Below the pieces are notes generated by a model that made no database searches, was not told the origin of the DNA, and saw nothing but the letters and a program-made list of their open reading frames with translations. A stretch of 64,000 nt of DNA from Felis catus (lineage: Eukaryota), in contig NC_058383.1 in NCBI RefSeq assembly GCF_018350175.1, positions 62,001 through 126,000 of the forward strand. Direction: 5' to 3'. Positions within the stretch are counted from its first letter, which is position 1; every line of letters begins with the position of its first letter. Below are positions 13,730-26,822 of this stretch, piece by piece. The position numbers and the translations under genes are program-made.

Positions 13730-16135
13730 AGAATGTGGAGTTTCAAAATTTAGCAGGCTTGGCTGAGATACAGCCATGAGGGCACTGGACTACTCCTTGA
13801 GAGAAGGCAGCAAACTACTTGCAGGCAGATGGCATTGAAACAGTGATCTGTACATCGCCTGGTGCACACAGTGGGGAGATTATACACTAATCATGGAGAG
13901 CATCCCTGAGAGGCAGTGTTCATAACGAGGAGACAAAGGAGCTAGGACAGAGGAGCTGGGTAACGCCCTTTTCCTCCTCTTCCCCACAGCATAAACAGAG
14001 CCATCTGCTGGAAACAAGGTCATCCCCACACTGGCTGCCTAAGCTGCTTACACCAACCCCACATTCCTGTGCTCTGAAGAGACTGGCCTTATAGGTCAAT
14101 CAGGCTTGCCTCAGTCCCAATGGAGGTGTTCCTTCCCCAGAAGACCAGCAGAAGCCCATGACCACACCACCTCTCTTGACCAGACAGTTCTGCAGGGCCT
14201 CACTTCGAGTGGCAGTCGTTTCAAGTCTCATTTAACAAGAAGATCAGAGAAGACCTAGACAAAACTCCTTGACTCACATTCTGGTCAAGGACCACACATT
14301 GCCCATACAACTGGCCTGAAGGATAGTGCAGCCAGAGCACAAAACAGTGCATGAAACACACACCACAGACACTCCCTGATGTGTCAGGCCCTGGACACTA
14401 GATGACCTCCTCTTGATAAAGCCATTCATCTCACAGGCAGGTAACACAATGAGGTTTGGTAACAGAGAGAAGACAAATACTCAGCTAAAATGCCAAGACA
14501 AGAGGAATACATCCCAAATGAAAGAACAAGATAAGGTCATGGCCAGAGAAATGGAAGGAACACTTCCAAACTCATTCTATGAGGCCAGCTTGGCCTTGAG
14601 TCCAAACTGGACAAAGACCCCACTAAAAAGGAAAACTCCAGACCAATTTCCCTGATGAACCTGGATGCAAAAATTCTCAACAAAAATTAGCAAACCGGAT
14701 CCAACAATACATACAAATAATTATTCACCACAATGAATTGGATTTATTCCTGGGATGCACAACCGATTCAATATCTGCAAATCAACTGATGTGATACATC
14801 CCATTGATAAAAGAAAAGATAACAACCACATGATCCTCTCAATAGATGCAGAAAAAGCATTTGACACAATGCAGCATCCTTTCTTGAGAGAGAAAAAAAA
14901 AAACACTCATGAAAGGAGGGATAGAAGGATCTTGACTTAATATCAGTATGTCCAGATATGAATGTCCTACAGCTAATATCATCATCAATGAGGAAAAACT
15001 GAGATCTTTCCCCGTAAGGTCAGGAACATGTCTGGGATGTTCACTCTCACCACTGTTATTCCACAAAGTGTTGGAAGTCCTAGCCTCAGCAATCAGACAA
15101 CAAAAAGAAATACAAGGTGTCCAAATTGGCAAGGAGGGGTCAAACTTTCCATCTTCGCAGACATGATACTTTCCATGGAAAATCCAAAAGACTCCCCCGA
15201 AAAACTGCTAGGACTGATACAGGAATTCAGGAAAGTCTCAGGATATAAAATCAATATACAGAAGTTGATTGCATTTCTATACACCAATAATGAATCAGCA
15301 GAGAGAAATATAGGATTGATGTACTTTACAACTGCACTGAAAAACATAAAATACCCAGGGATAAACCTAACCAAAGAGGTAAAAGATCAGTACACTTAAA
15401 ACAATAGAGGGGCGCCTGGGTTGCTCAGTCAGTTAAGCGCTGACTTCAGCTCAGGTCATGATCCCTCACTTGTGGGTTCGAGTCCTGCAATGGGCTCTGT
15501 GCTGACAGCTCGGAGCCTGGAGTCTGCTTCCGAGTCTGTGTCTCTCTGTCTCTCTGCCCCTCCCCTGCTCATGCGCTCTCTCTTTCTCTCTGTCGCTCTG
15601 TCTCAAAAATAAACATTAAAAAAATAAAGGAACAAACCATACAACATCTATGAAAGAAACTGAAGAAATACAAAGAAATGGAAAAACATTCCATGCGCAT
15701 GGATTAGAAGAACAAATATTGTTAAAATATCAATACTACCCAAAGCAATCGACACATTCAATGCAAACCTTATCAAAATAACACCAGCATTTTTCACAGA
15801 GGTAGAACAAACCTAAAATTTTTAAGGAGACAGAATAGACCCCAAATAGCCAAAGTCGTGTTGAAAAAGAAAACAAAGCTGAAGAAATTACAATTTTGGA
15901 TTTTATGGTGTATTAGAAAGCCGCAATCATCAAGACAGTATGGTACAGGCACGCAAACCGACACAGACATGAATGGAATGGAATAGGGAACCCATAAATG
16001 GACCCTCAGACCTATGGCCGAGTAATCTTTGATAACGCAGGAAAGAATATCCAATGGAAAAACAAAAGTCTCTTCAGCAAATGGTACTGGGAAAACTGGA
16101 CAGTGAGAAGAATGAACCTGGACTATGTTCTTAAA

Positions 16136-16137
<2 letters not shown>
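13730..16137 (+). mobile_element. L1 with partial 5'UTR and ORF1 start joined directly to mid-ORF2
   Basis: ORF 14413-14655 reads ORF1-like QMKEQDKVMAR straight into ORF2 EMEGTLPNSFYEAS; downstream DAEKAFD, FADM and QTYGRVIFD. Confidence 0.88.
15409..15628 (+). mobile_element. CanSINE (SINEC_Fc-like)
   Basis: GGGGCGCCTGGGTTGCTCAGTCAGTTAAGCG...GGTTCGAGTCC, CT tract, A tail. Confidence 0.93.

Positions 16138-16184
<47 letters not shown>
16138..16184 (+). repeat. (CA)n microsatellite
   Basis: About 23 CA units at the junction of two L1 fragments. Confidence 0.95.
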
Positions 16185-16188
<4 letters not shown>

Positions 16189-17001
16189 GGGGGAAAGGCC
16201 ACCAACAAAGGGAGGTTAAATAACATGCTACCAAATGAATGGGTCAAACAGGAAATCAATGAGAAAATACACTGAAACGAATGAAAATGAAAATACACTG
16301 GTAAAAATATTTAGAATGCGGCAAAAGCAGTCTATGATGGAAGTATATAGCAATACAAGCCTACCATAAAGAGCAAGAAAAATCCCAAACAATCCTAACT
16401 TATAACTAAAGGAATGAGAAGAACAGCCAAAGGAAGGAAATAATAGAGATTAAGGCAGAAATAATGAACATAGAAACCAAAAAGACACTAGACCAAATCA
16501 ATGAAACCAGGGGCTGGTTCCTTGAAAACAGTAATCAACATGAAAACCTCCTAGGCATACTTTTCACAAAGAAGAAGGAAAGGACTCAAGTAAATAAAAT
16601 CACAAATAAGACAGGAGAAATAACAGTCAACACTACAAAAATACAGCTAGAAGATAATATTATGAAAAACTATATGCAACAAATTTGACACTCTGAGAAA
16701 AATGGACAAATTCCTAGAAACACACAAACTACCAAAACTGAAATGGGAAGATACATAAAATCTGAAAACAGAAAGAAATCAAATCAGTAAGAAAAAAAAT
16801 TTCCCCCCAACACAAGAGTTCAGGGCCAGATGGCTTCACTAATGAATTCTACCATCCATTTAAGGAAGAGATAATATGTATTCTTCTCGAATTATTACAA
16901 AAAATAAAAAAAAGAAGGAAAACTTACAAATTCATCTTATGAGGCCATCATTACCCTGATACCAAAACCAGATAAAGTCTCCACTAAAACCGAAAACTGC
17001 T

Positions 17002-17224
17002 GGGGTGCCTGTGTGGCTCGGTCGGTTTAGTGTCCAACTCTCAATTTCAGATTAGGACATTATCTTACAGTGCATGGGTTCGAGTCCCACGTTGGTCCCT
17101 GTGCTGGCAGTGTGGAGCATGGCCAGGATTCTCTCTCTCCCTGTCTCTCTGCCCCTCCCTCACTTTTTTGTACTCTATGTCTCTAAGTAAATATTTTAAA
17201 TATGTTAAAAAAATTTAAATAAAA
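17002..17224 (+). mobile_element. CanSINE
   Basis: GGGGTGCCTGTGTGGCTCGGTCGG head, GGTTCGAGTCC B-box, A-rich tail; TSD-like AAAACT(G/A)C. Confidence 0.88.
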
Positions 17225-18435
17225 CTACAGACCAATACCGCGATGAGTATGTATGCATAAATTCACATCGAAATACCTTCAAATTAAAGTCAACAATACA
17301 TTAAGAGAATCATTTACCATAATGAAGTGGGATATATTCCTGGGCTGCAAGCGTGGTTCCACATTCACAGATCAATCAACATGATGCACCACAATAATAG
17401 AAGAAAGGATAAGAACAGTATGATTCTTTCAAGACATGCAGGAAAACGATTTGACAAAATGTCACATCCATTCACGATAAAACCCCCCTAGCAAGTAGAT
17501 TGGGACTCAACCTACCTGCACATAATAAAGGTCATCTATGAAAAACCCACAGCTCAGCTCATCCTCAATAGGGAAAAATTGAAAGTTTTTCCTCCAAGGT
17601 CAGGGACAAGACAGGGATGATCCCTCTCACCACTGTTATTCCACATAGTACTAGAAGTCCTAGCCAAAGCAATCAGACAACAAAAAGAAATAAGAGGCAT
17701 CCAAATTGGCAAGGGAGAAATAGAACATTCGCTATTTGGAACTGACATGATAATTTCTATAAAAAACATGAAAGACTCCCCCCAAAATTGTTAGAATTTA
17801 TATATGAATTCGACAAATCAAAATATGCAGAAATCAATGTACATAAATCTATTGCATTTCTGTAGATGAATAATGAATTAACAGAAAGAGAAAGTAAGGG
17901 ATCAATCCCATTGACAGGTGCACCAAATACCCCAAGATACCTGGAATAAACCTAACTAAAGAGGTAAAAGATTTGTACTCTAAAGGCTATGGAACACTGA
18001 TGAAAGAAATGGAAGAGGACACAAAGAAAAGGAAATACATTTCATGTTCACGGATATGAGGAACAAAATACTGTTAAAAGGTCTACACTCCACAAAACAA
18101 TCTACACATGTAATGAAATCCCTATCACACAAACAAAACATTTGTCACAGAACTGGAACAAATAATCCCAAAATTTGTATGGAATGACAAAGACCCCAAA
18201 CAGCCAAAAGAAATTGAAGACCAAAACTAAAGCTGGAGTCATCACACTTCTAGACTTAGGTTATATTACAAAGCTGTACTGAACAGAACAGTATGGTACT
18301 GGCAACCAACAACAACAAAAACACAGACGCAGAGATCAATAGAATGGAAACCCAGACATGAACTCACACATATATGGTCAATTAATTCTCAACAAAGCAG
18401 GAAAGGATATCCAATGGGGAAAAAAAAATACTCTT

Positions 18436-18556
18436 GGGACACATGTGTGGCTCCAAAGCGTGTGATTGTGGATTCAGCTCAGATCATGATCTCAGGGCAG
18501 TGCAGAGCATGCGTGGGATTCTCTCTCTCCATTTCTCTTTGCCACTCTTCTGCATG

Positions 18557-18588
<32 letters not shown>

Positions 18589-18612
18589 AATAAATACATG
18601 AAATTTAAAAAA
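18436..18612 (+). mobile_element. CanSINE, degenerate
   Basis: CAGCTCAGATCATGATCTCAGGG, (CT)n, AAAAATAAATA. Confidence 0.8.
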
Positions 18613-19289
18613 AGTCTCCTTAACATATGGTTTTGGAAAAACTAGACAGCAACCTGCAAAACAAAACAAAAACACAAACGGACCACTTTCTTACAACATA
18701 CACAAAAACAAATCCAACATGAATAAAGAACTATGTGTGAAACCTGAAGCCATAAAAATCCCAGAGGATACCTAACACTGGCAGTATCTTATTTGAAATT
18801 GACTGTACAAACATCTTTGTAGATATATCTCCTGAGGTAAGAGAAACACAAGCAAAAATAATGGGACTTCATAAAAATAGAAAGCTTCTGTCAAAAAGGA
18901 AATAATCAACAAAACTAAAACACCTACAGAATAATATTTGTAAACGACATCTGATAAAGGTTTACTGTCCAAAATATATAAAGTTATACTGCACCCAAAA
19001 AATAAGAAATCCAATTAAAAATGGGCAGATGACATGAATGGACATTTTCCCAAGGTGACATAAACATAGCCAAGAGACACATGAAAAGATGCTCAGCATT
19101 ACTCATCTTCAGGGAAATACAATTCAAAAGTACAAGGAGATAACACATCACATCTGTGAGAATGACTAAAATCAATGAATGATGAAACAGCAGGTGTTGG
19201 CAAGCATGTGGGAAAAGAGAAGCCCTCTTGCATTGTGGGAAGGAATGCAAACTGGTGCAGCCACTCTGGAAAACATCATGGAGAGTCGT

Positions 19290-19327
<38 letters not shown>

Positions 19328-20579
19328 AAATAGAACTATGTTACGATCCAGCAATTTCACTACGAGGTATTTACAGAAAGAATACAAAAATAATTCTTTA
19401 AAGGGGTACATGCAGCATGATGTTTACAGCAGCATTTTCTACAACAGCCAAATTACAGAAACTGACCAAGCATCCATCAGCTGATGAATAAGTTGAGATG
19501 TAGTATATGGAATGTAATATTATTTAGCCATTAAAACATGAAATCTTGTCATTTTCCACGAGGTGGATGGAGCGAGAGAATGTTATGCTGGGTGAAATAA
19601 GCCTGTCAGAGAAACACAAATAGCAGATAATTTCACTAACACATGGAAATGAAACAAAACAAAGGGGGGGGGGGAAGGAGAAGTGACAAACGAACAGACT
19701 CTTAACTAGAAAACAAACTGAGGGGTTCCACAGTGAGGTGGGGGAATGGGTGAAACAGCTGCTGGGGATTAAGAAGTGCACCTGGGATGAGCACCAGGTG
19801 ACACGTAGAAGTGTTGCTCTATATTGTACACCTGAAACTAATATTACACTGTATGTTTACTAAGTGCAATTTAAAGTAAAAGATAACATAAGGTTAAGAC
19901 ACCAACCTACCAGGTTTTCTGTAGTTTTCAATCGCTTCATTAGGTTGGAAAAATAACCATAAATTTTTTAAAAAGCATGTATGATGTGGGGGATAGTTTG
20001 TGCCCTTACCTTGGTCTCTGGTTCCAGCAGGACTCGGAAAGTGGGTCCCAGCTCATTCTTCCAAAAGGTCCTGAGACGAACGTTTCATGTATTCAAGTCC
20101 TAATGGAACGCAGCTCCCGTTCTTCTGAATTTCTGTCAGGGTTTCTTACTGGAAACAAGCCTGAATCTGGAACAAACCATCGACTGCATCTATAAGGTGA
20201 TGTCATGGGACCCCACAATCCACTAGTCCTTTCGTAAAATACGTCTCATTCAAATACTGTCCAGGAAGTGGAGGAATGAAACACGGGAACAACCCAGAAA
20301 ATGCAAGGGCCTGTGCTGCTTAGCAACCAACTTGCCCAGGGAAGCCACCCAGCGCCCCCTCCTCAGCACTCAGTACAACAAGGCAGCTTCTCTCTGGCGA
20401 CTCAGGAGATGCCAAGTTGCTGAAAAGCTCCCAAGGTCTCCCCTGGGGCTGGCGGCAGAAACTGCTGGAAACGCAGCTCTGATCTGTGTCCTGAGACAGC
20501 GGTAGAGGCCCTGTGTCCTCTGGGAGCAACAGCAGCCCTTCTTGCTCTGAAGTGCCCTGGGTCAGAAAAGCCGATGTTT

Positions 20580-20595
20580 CGCCCTCTGCTGGCCA
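20580..20595 (-). promoter_or_regulatory. Putative CTCF binding site
   Basis: Reverse complement TGGCCAGCAGAGGGCG closely matches the CTCF core (CCASYAGRKGGCR). Confidence 0.5.
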
Positions 20596-20859
20596 TCACT
20601 GCCTAGGCAGAGGAACCCGCCCCTCTGGGTCTGTGGTCCTTGAGCTCTCTCTGCTGGCTACCATGGGAATTCCTGCAATGTTGAAGGCCCTGGTCGCTCA
20701 GCTGAGGGACTGAAGGTGCTCTGGGCAACTCAGCCTGTTCTCCACATTGGGAAGGATCTTAGTGACAGGGCCTTGGACACAAAGAAATCTTTTCCTTCTC
20801 CTTTCTTTTGAGTGAAGAATGAAACCAAATTTATTAACATAATGGCATCATTTGTAATG

Positions 20860-21190
20860 TTTTAAGCAATGTCCACAGAAAAATAGACCGCCAATTTACA
20901 CATGCTGAGCAAGTAATTGTGTTTACCACCAGAGTGTTTAGGTTAGATAAAGAATTGACACCTTTGAGAGAGAGATAACTGCTTCCAGCTATGGAATGAA
21001 TGAGTCCTAGGGGTACAAGAAACAGCCAATGGAATAGAGTCAATCCTGTAATAATATTGTTGCATGCTTTCACAGGATAGCTACACTTGTGCTTAAGTAC
21101 AACATAATTTATAGGCATATGGAATGACTACAATGTATGCCTAAAACTAATACAACAAATGTGTGAAGAATATTTCAATGAAAAGTCGAC
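20860..21190 (+). mobile_element. Decayed L1 3'UTR fragment
   Basis: ATAGAGTCAATCCTGTAATAATATTGT...TATGCCTAAAACTAATACAAC resembles L1 3' ends. Confidence 0.45.
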
Positions 21191-21243
21191 ATCCTTTATG
21201 CTATCTTTAATTTATCTTTTTTTTGCCAATAACTATCATTCCT

Positions 21244-21453
21244 GGGGCGCTTGGGTGGCTTAGTCAGTTAAGCATCCGACTTCCCCTCAGGTCATGATCT
21301 TGCAGTCCATGAGATTGAGCCCTGCGTCAGGTTCTGTCCTGACAGCTCAGAGTCTGGAGCTTGCCCCAGATTTGGTGTCTCCTGCTCTCTCCCCCCTCCC
21401 TCCCTCAGGCTCTCTCCAAAAAAGAAAAACAGAAACATTTTAAATAAAAAAAA
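21244..21453 (+). mobile_element. CanSINE
   Basis: GGGGCGCTTGGGTGGCTTAGTCAGTTAAGCATCCGACT head and A-rich tail. Confidence 0.92.
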
Positions 21454-24400
21454 ATCATTCCTAATTTAGAATCCGTGAAATTCCATTTATACTAGATTCT
21501 CTAACATCACCATCTTGATGTTGAGAGCTTATCTGAATAGTCACTAATAATATCTTTGATGACACATATGTGGCAGTGTCAGAATGCAACTTATAGGGAG
21601 CTATGCATCTGTTATGAATTTACTGTATGTATCCTTGGCTAATATTTCCAATGAAATGTGCTTTATGGATACAGATGCATGAATAGTGTCCATTGGTCAT
21701 ATAGGTCAAATTCCTATAGGACCATTATGCCTTCAATTACTAATTGCCATCTCTTCAGAATTAACGCTGGGACAAGAAAATGTCTTTGAATTTGATGTAA
21801 GAGAAGACTATGGTGTTTTAAAGGGTTCACCTACCATCTAGCGTCCTCAGTTTGGCAGTGGACAGGAGGATAGAGACCCACGATCTTGATGCACACCGCT
21901 AGTTCCAGAGGGAGAATATGGACCTTTTTGTCAAATAATTTTTATCAATATCAGCAGTTCAACTCTGCCAGGTCCAGACTGCCGGACCTGGGGGCAACAC
22001 AATGCCTGATGCCTGGGTTCAGAACATGAGGAAGACCAGCTGGTAGGGAGCGGCGGGGAAATCCAACAGGGCCTGGAGCAGTGAGGGAGATGGGTCTGGG
22101 TCCCCTCCCCACAGGGCAGGCTCTGGAGTTTACCTGCCAAAGAGCAGCACACTCTCTCTCAAGACATCCCTCTCCATGACAGAACATGAGGCTGTGTCCC
22201 CACAATTCCAGGAGAAATAAGGGATACCCATCTTTTCAAATGCAATAGCCTCTGCAAAGCTTAGTCCCAAGGATGTTGGAGTCTTGGAGTCACGGAACGC
22301 TGATGCCCATGATACCTGCCATTTCTGCCCAAGCACTCAGAGACACTTCATACATCCCGTCTCCCCTGGCCCACCCCACCCCATCCATATTCCTGGACCA
22401 GGTCTCTACTTTCTCCTTGTACTTCCTCTTTGTCTCTGTTTCTCTCTAACCACATCTCTCTCTATTTCTTCCTTTCACTCTCTAGGACTTGCCCAATTCC
22501 CCTATCACAAATTCAATGTCTCTCTCCCTGCCTGTCTCTTTCTCCAGCTCTCCCCAGGCTTCAGGATATCTGCTCTGTGCATGCAGCACAGAGGAGCAGA
22601 GGGTCCTCCTGTCTCTCCCTCTCTTATGTCTTGTTTTGTCCCAGGCCCTGATCACAATGGAGGAGAATCCCCTGTACAGCAGCTGCTCATGTTGACATTT
22701 GCTATAGCAATGCTGGCAGCATGTGGACAGCCAGACATTTACCCTTGGTGGCCCCGCCATGACCCAAAAGCTGCTGGAGGGCTGGCTGCTTCCCTAAGCT
22801 GGGAGAAAAAAGGGGCTCACAGGGTTCAGTGTCCCTGGGGCAAAGTGGATTAGATTGGCCGATGTAGAAGGAGCCATATGCTTACACCCAACTCTCCTGA
22901 GTGGTGTCCAAGGTACCTAACTCAGACCATGGAACTCTGCCCTCCCCATCCCTCAGTAAGGCAACAGGGGAAGCTTTGTGGGACATCATGTGACTCACCA
23001 CAAAAGCTGTGCCATTTGCCCCCTTGGAGGCCACCTAGATTGGTGCTATTGGGGGAAGCTGGTAAGGTGCACAAGGGCACAAGAGCTGAGTTAATGCAGG
23101 GCCTCCACACTGGTCTCCTGAATCCATTCCTCAGCATTGGAAGAGACCCTTTCCTGGAGACAGATACCTGCCCTCCTCATCAGCACAAACCCCATCAACT
23201 AGCATGCACGCCATGTGCTCATGAGTATCTATCTACAGATATAACAACCACCACCAGATCTCCCTAAAGGATGTATCCAACTCCTCAGATGGAACTATAG
23301 GTCCCTTCCAGGCATTACAACCCCAAAGAATGATCTGTCTTCTTCCACCAATCCTGTACATACTATGTGTTGGCTAACTTCATATACAGGAACCCCAAAG
23401 TGTACGCTTGATGGGGAATGAGTGTTGATTTTCCTGGAAGCAGATGCTGACACAGAAACACAACTGTGACAAGTGTATTAGGGGACATTAGGAAGAACAA
23501 AGTGGAGTGGACAGGGTGGTCAGGGAAAGCATTCAGACCAAGGGGCAGATTAGACACTATCTCTAATATATAATAGCAATAGTTGGTTTGTAATGGTTCA
23601 GTGTCTTCTTCAAATTTCAAACGGATTGCCCTCTACGTCAAAGTGATTTTGACTTATTGCAAAGGGATCTTCTGTTCTCTTGTATGCATTTTGTCTTCTA
23701 CAATACATCTGTGGCCTTGGATGAGCACATATTTATGCGGCTGCATTTGTGTGTCTACCTCAGATCTTAGATGTAGATGCCTGAATATACACAGTCTCAT
23801 ACTTATCTTTTCCTTTTTTGTAAAGCACGACCTGAATTTTAATAGAAAACAACACAGGTGTTTTTGTTGTATCTTTTGAAACAGGAATTGCCAAGCTCCC
23901 AACCTCAGGCATTATACCCTTAGTTTCATGAAACTGAATGAACATCTGTTGATGATCTTCTGTGTGCAGATTCATTCATTTCCACCCTGAGAAGAGTGAA
24001 TGCCCACTCATCGCATACATTTTACAAATTCCTTTTGTGCTTAACCACCTCCTCATCGCACTGACCTCAGAGACCAACATTGTTCCTGCTTCTCAGATTA
24101 CAATGCTGAGGCTCTGAGTTGGCCCCACTGAGAGCTGGGATTAGGGCTGAGATAGCAGGATCACAAGCAGTGCCTCTGGAAATTGTGAGGGAAGTTTCAG
24201 AGATGTACACCTTCATGCAGCATCATGAAAGTAGGTTCAGGGGTGTGGTGACAAGATTCCAGCAGGGGCGTTTCCTGGTCAACCCTGAATTCCCTGCTAA
24301 GAGTCTTATTCAGGCTGAAGGCCAAGGAAGCCACACAGCTAATCTACAACCTTTCATCACATTTAGTCTCACAGAGGCACACAAACTTAGGCAGACAAGC

Positions 24401-26774
24401 ATCCCATAAGAACCAAGGTAAACTACAAATCTCCAGGGCATTCTTTCACAAGGATCCAGAACCTTCAGGAGAACCTCCAAGGGAAACAACAGTCTTTATT
24501 TAGATAATGAACTAGGTGCACTTTGGCCACAATGACATTTCAGAGATGATACCTGCATGAACTATCCTTGAACCCATACAGCAGCTCTGTGTGGATGTCA
24601 CCCTGCGCTCACTCTCCCTGCCCAGGTTGTGGGCCCTGCCACAAATGGTCTCCAACTCCATCTCACTGAGTCCAACACCCTCCTCTCTGTACCATCTCAG
24701 CTCTCCCTTCTCATGCACAGTCTCCAATTCATTTCCACGAGTTTCATGTCTCCGTCTCTTGTACTTGAGGACCCATTACTGGAGCTGCCATTATTGTAGA
24801 CCAGAAGCTCCATGTAATTTAACGCATGTGACTCTCTCCCCATTAGGACAGTTGAAGCCCCTGATGGTAAGGGTTTGCCTCATCTCTCACAGAGCCAGGG
24901 ACATGGACTGTGTACTGGGCACATCTGCAGAACTGATATGCCTGCTTTTCTATTAAAAGACTCTTTCCTTCTCCACAAAGGATATATGCAGCCCAGCTCA
25001 GTAATGGAAATGACACAGCCCAACATATGTATGTCCTGAGAAACTTGAGGAATTTTAACAGTGTCCTCTTCCAGCAGCACCCTTGCATCACAAAGCATGT
25101 GAGGCCATCTCTACATCTTCTCAAAGACTCAACAACGTAGAAGCTGAATATGCTGAACATGTCAACTCATAGAGCTCAGTTCATCTCACAAATAGTCGAG
25201 GTGGAAGTGGTGGGTCCTGTCCCTGAGAACATCAAGGAGCTGGAGGTAGCCCATAGAACCCATGAACAGTGATAAAGGGTATCTGTGGGGGATGGATCTG
25301 GGAAAGAAGGAGGTCCTCTTGCATCCATAGGGACCTACAGAAGCGACAGGTGTGTTGGCATGACAGACAGAAGCAGAACACCCACAGGAGCTGAAACACA
25401 ATGAAGTAGGTGTCAGCACCTGGCCCCTTGTTCATTCATGGGTTGTAGTAGAACAGAGCATCAGTGTCAGAAAACTCTACCCTTTCCATGAGGTCCCACC
25501 TATAGCCTGAAAGTACCAGATGCCACAAGGAAAAACTACTGTCACCACACGTCACTGCCCATGTTTAAAAATGCAGAAAGCCAAGGAGTCCTATTCTAGA
25601 AGATTGACGGCAGTAATGCCAGTCTAATAAAGGAACGTATTCCAGAGAGGCAGGCATCTGTGTCCAGGACCCCTCTGGTGTCCTCTTCCACCAGATTTGA
25701 AGACTTTTTATTAGCACATTGAGAACAGACAGAACATGAGGAATGAAAGAAAAGACCAGAACCACACAGAGATCCAGGGCCACCCCAAGGTCAAAGCTCT
25801 ACCTGCCATCCCATGCCTGTCCTCACTCTGCTTCCCTCCCTGACAAAGACATCTTCTGTGCAAGGCCACAGAGACCTCTGAGGAGAGGGGGGTTCCTGGA
25901 GTCCAGAATTGGGTCCTGGATATGCGTTTGCTGAGAGAAATACATTACCTGTGCCTATTCATTGATCTCAAGTATGTTTATCTTAATTCACAGGTAATTC
26001 AGCTTTTAAATACAATATGAGTTGCAGAGCTATTTTGTGCCATTTTAAAAGAGAGGTAGAAATTCTACATAAAAGAATGAACAGAAACATGTCTCAATTT
26101 CAGGGGCAAAACTCCCATAAGGTATCATGAGACAAAGTACCAATTACAACTGCTCCCAGGACACAAGAGAACCTACTCATATAAACACAACTGAAGAACT
26201 CTGTGAGGAATTGGCCCTGCAGGTAATCACTGATTCTCTCCCTTCACGACTGCAGTTCCACGTACATTTTTTATTACACGTGCCACTTCTGAAAATTCAG
26301 AGTATTTCCACCTAGGGGACAACTGGAGAAATTCTCTATCATACATTTACCAACACAGAAGGACTAGTAATGAATTCTGAAATTTTTCTAAGAACCCTCA
26401 GCACTGCATAAAGCACACAATCACACAATATAATGTTGGAAAGAGTTTTTATCTATTCCAGTCATGAGGCTCATAGCAGATATTCTGAACAAATTCATGG
26501 CGTACATTGAAGTAAGAAAAAATGAAAATAATAAGGATAATCCCGTGTAAAGAAGGTGCTGAAGGAATCAGACACTCCAGAAGACTTGAGGGTGCAGTGA
26601 AGTGTCATCCTCCTCAAGTTATTTCCACAAACACTAAGTGAGAACCACGTGGTCCTCAGCCTCCATGCACTTGTGGTGTCCAGAGGCACTAGCTAACATG
26701 ATGATGTTACACTGGAGAAGCCTGGAGGCTTGTGAGGATGTAAATCAAACAGTAAAGACAACAGTAGACAAAAA

Positions 26775-26822
26775 ACAAACAAACAAACAAACAAACAAAC
26801 AACAACAACAACAACAACAAAC
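26775..26822 (+). repeat. (CAAA)n/(CAA)n compound microsatellite
   Basis: Directly visible. Confidence 0.9.

Larger units (their letters stand above)
16205..19885 (+). mobile_element. 5'-truncated, decayed L1 (ORF2 linker to 3'UTR)
   Basis: QINETRGWFLE, GGGCCAGATGGCTTCAC (GPDGF), RT region, 3'UTR ending TGTACACCTGAAACTAATATTACACTGTATGTT; internal poly(A) at 19291-19325. Confidence 0.9.

Noticed and set aside
20495..20522. Ig-domain-like EDTGLYRC on the minus strand
   Set aside because: Needs a frameshift, and there is no upstream Cys/Trp framework or recombination signal sequence
22284..22853. 189-aa ORF as a host gene
   Set aside because: Largely CT-rich low-complexity sequence, non-ATG start and no recognisable domain
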